A stretch of 64,000 nt of DNA from assembly GCA_017654855.1 (NCBI GenBank), contig CM030335.1:1178001-1242000 (forward strand), in the 5' to 3' direction. Source of the stretch: Podospora anserina. Lineage: Eukaryota. The notes beneath the pieces were generated by a model. It saw only the letters and a list, made by a program, of their open reading frames with translations. It was not told the DNA's origin and did not search any database. Positions 63,258-64,000 of this stretch are shown one piece after another. How positions within the stretch are numbered: the first letter of the stretch is position 1; every line of letters begins with the position of its first letter. The position numbers and the translations under genes were made by a program.

Positions 63258-63751
63258 CGCTGCTTCTGGAGGCGTGTCCCGCCGGCAATCGTGGTGTTGC
63301 TAATTCGTGTAGAATGAAGTTCACGGAAGAAGACCGATTGAGAATATAGGTGCAAGGCAACCGGGTTGTGCGCCTGGCGTGTGGATCCGCGAAAGTCAAA
63401 AAAGCAGCAAGGCAGGTGAGCTTGTTGTCGTTTTTGGTGATGTGCTCTCTGGGCCTGGAGTTTGGACGCTTCGCAGTTGGAACTTGGATGGCGCGTTTTG
63501 CCCTTTGACAGCCAAACCCCTGAAGGTATAGTGACTTGAAATGGCGGGCGCAAACCGTTCAATGGGGCGTGCGTTTGAAGTACCGGTACTTGCAAGGCGG
63601 CACAGCTCCAGCCCAATCAGATCTTAATCAATCCCTGGTAGCATTTTCGAAATCTCAAAACCTCGCTCAAGACACCACCCGTCCCTCACATATTCACTTC
63701 TTCGCTCAGCCGCCTCGAGACCGAAACCTAGAGAGCCACTGGCAGTAGTAT

Positions 63752-64000
63752 ATGCTTCGCAACTTCATTCTAAAAATGACCGAGAACGCAGCGAAACGCC
63801 TCAAGACGGACAGTGGAGTGGTTGCCATTGGCACTCACAACGGTCACTTCCACGCTGATGAGGCCCTCGCAGTTTACATGCTGCGCAAGCACATCCCAAC
63901 CTACGCCAACGCCAAGCTGGTCCGCACCCGTGATCCCAAGCTTCTCGACGAGTGTGACATCGTCGTCGACGTCGGCGGCGAGTATGAGCCCGCCCGCCAC
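63752..64000 (+). CDS. MYG1: MYG1 family (UPF0160) metal-dependent exonuclease, 5' part (runs off the window)
   Basis: [19 protein letters not shown]...[22 protein letters not shown] is the MYG1 N-terminal signature. In-frame ATGs lie at 63752 and 63776. Confidence 0.92.
   Translation, partial: MLRNFILKMTENAAKRLKTDSGVVAIGTHNGHFHADEALAVYMLRKHIPTYANAKLVRTRDPKLLDECDIVVDVGGEYEPARH

Noticed and set aside
1-64000. Transposons, rDNA/5S genes, CRISPR arrays
   Set aside because: I saw no transposase or reverse-transcriptase motifs, LTRs or TIRs, rRNA signatures or repeat-spacer arrays.

Overview
A 64-kb gene-dense window from a filamentous ascomycete. The short GT-AG introns with CTRAC-type branch sites and the gene content suggest Sordariomycetes, probably Sordariales or Podospora-like (inference). 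I can support about 20 protein-coding genes, with intron-exon structures read by eye: a GPI-anchored cell-wall protein, a hydrophilic hypothetical protein with a GC-AG intron, MAG2/RNF10, a CBM48 Crp1/Mdg1-like protein, a ferric reductase, an orphan membrane-anchored protein, an RTA1-like protein, TGL2 lipase, GtaA glutaminase, DNMT5, a 2H-phosphoesterase, BUD2 RasGAP, CPR6, DTD1, NOT3, a C2H2 factor, IDP1, IEC3 and MYG1. No tRNA, rRNA, transposon or CRISPR was recognised. The main result is a ~7-kb DNMT5 gene (C5 cytosine methyltransferase + SNF2 ATPase + RING). It is split by one in-frame TAG at 36467-36465, between the methyltransferase half and the ATPase half, with both halves otherwise intact and the UAG in a predicted hairpin loop. 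This pattern matches premature-stop correction by sexual-stage A-to-I mRNA editing (UAG to UGG), which would make RNA editing a switch for an ATP-dependent DNA methyltransferase. A cryptic 57-nt intron, a recent nonsense mutation or a sequencing error are the competing explanations.
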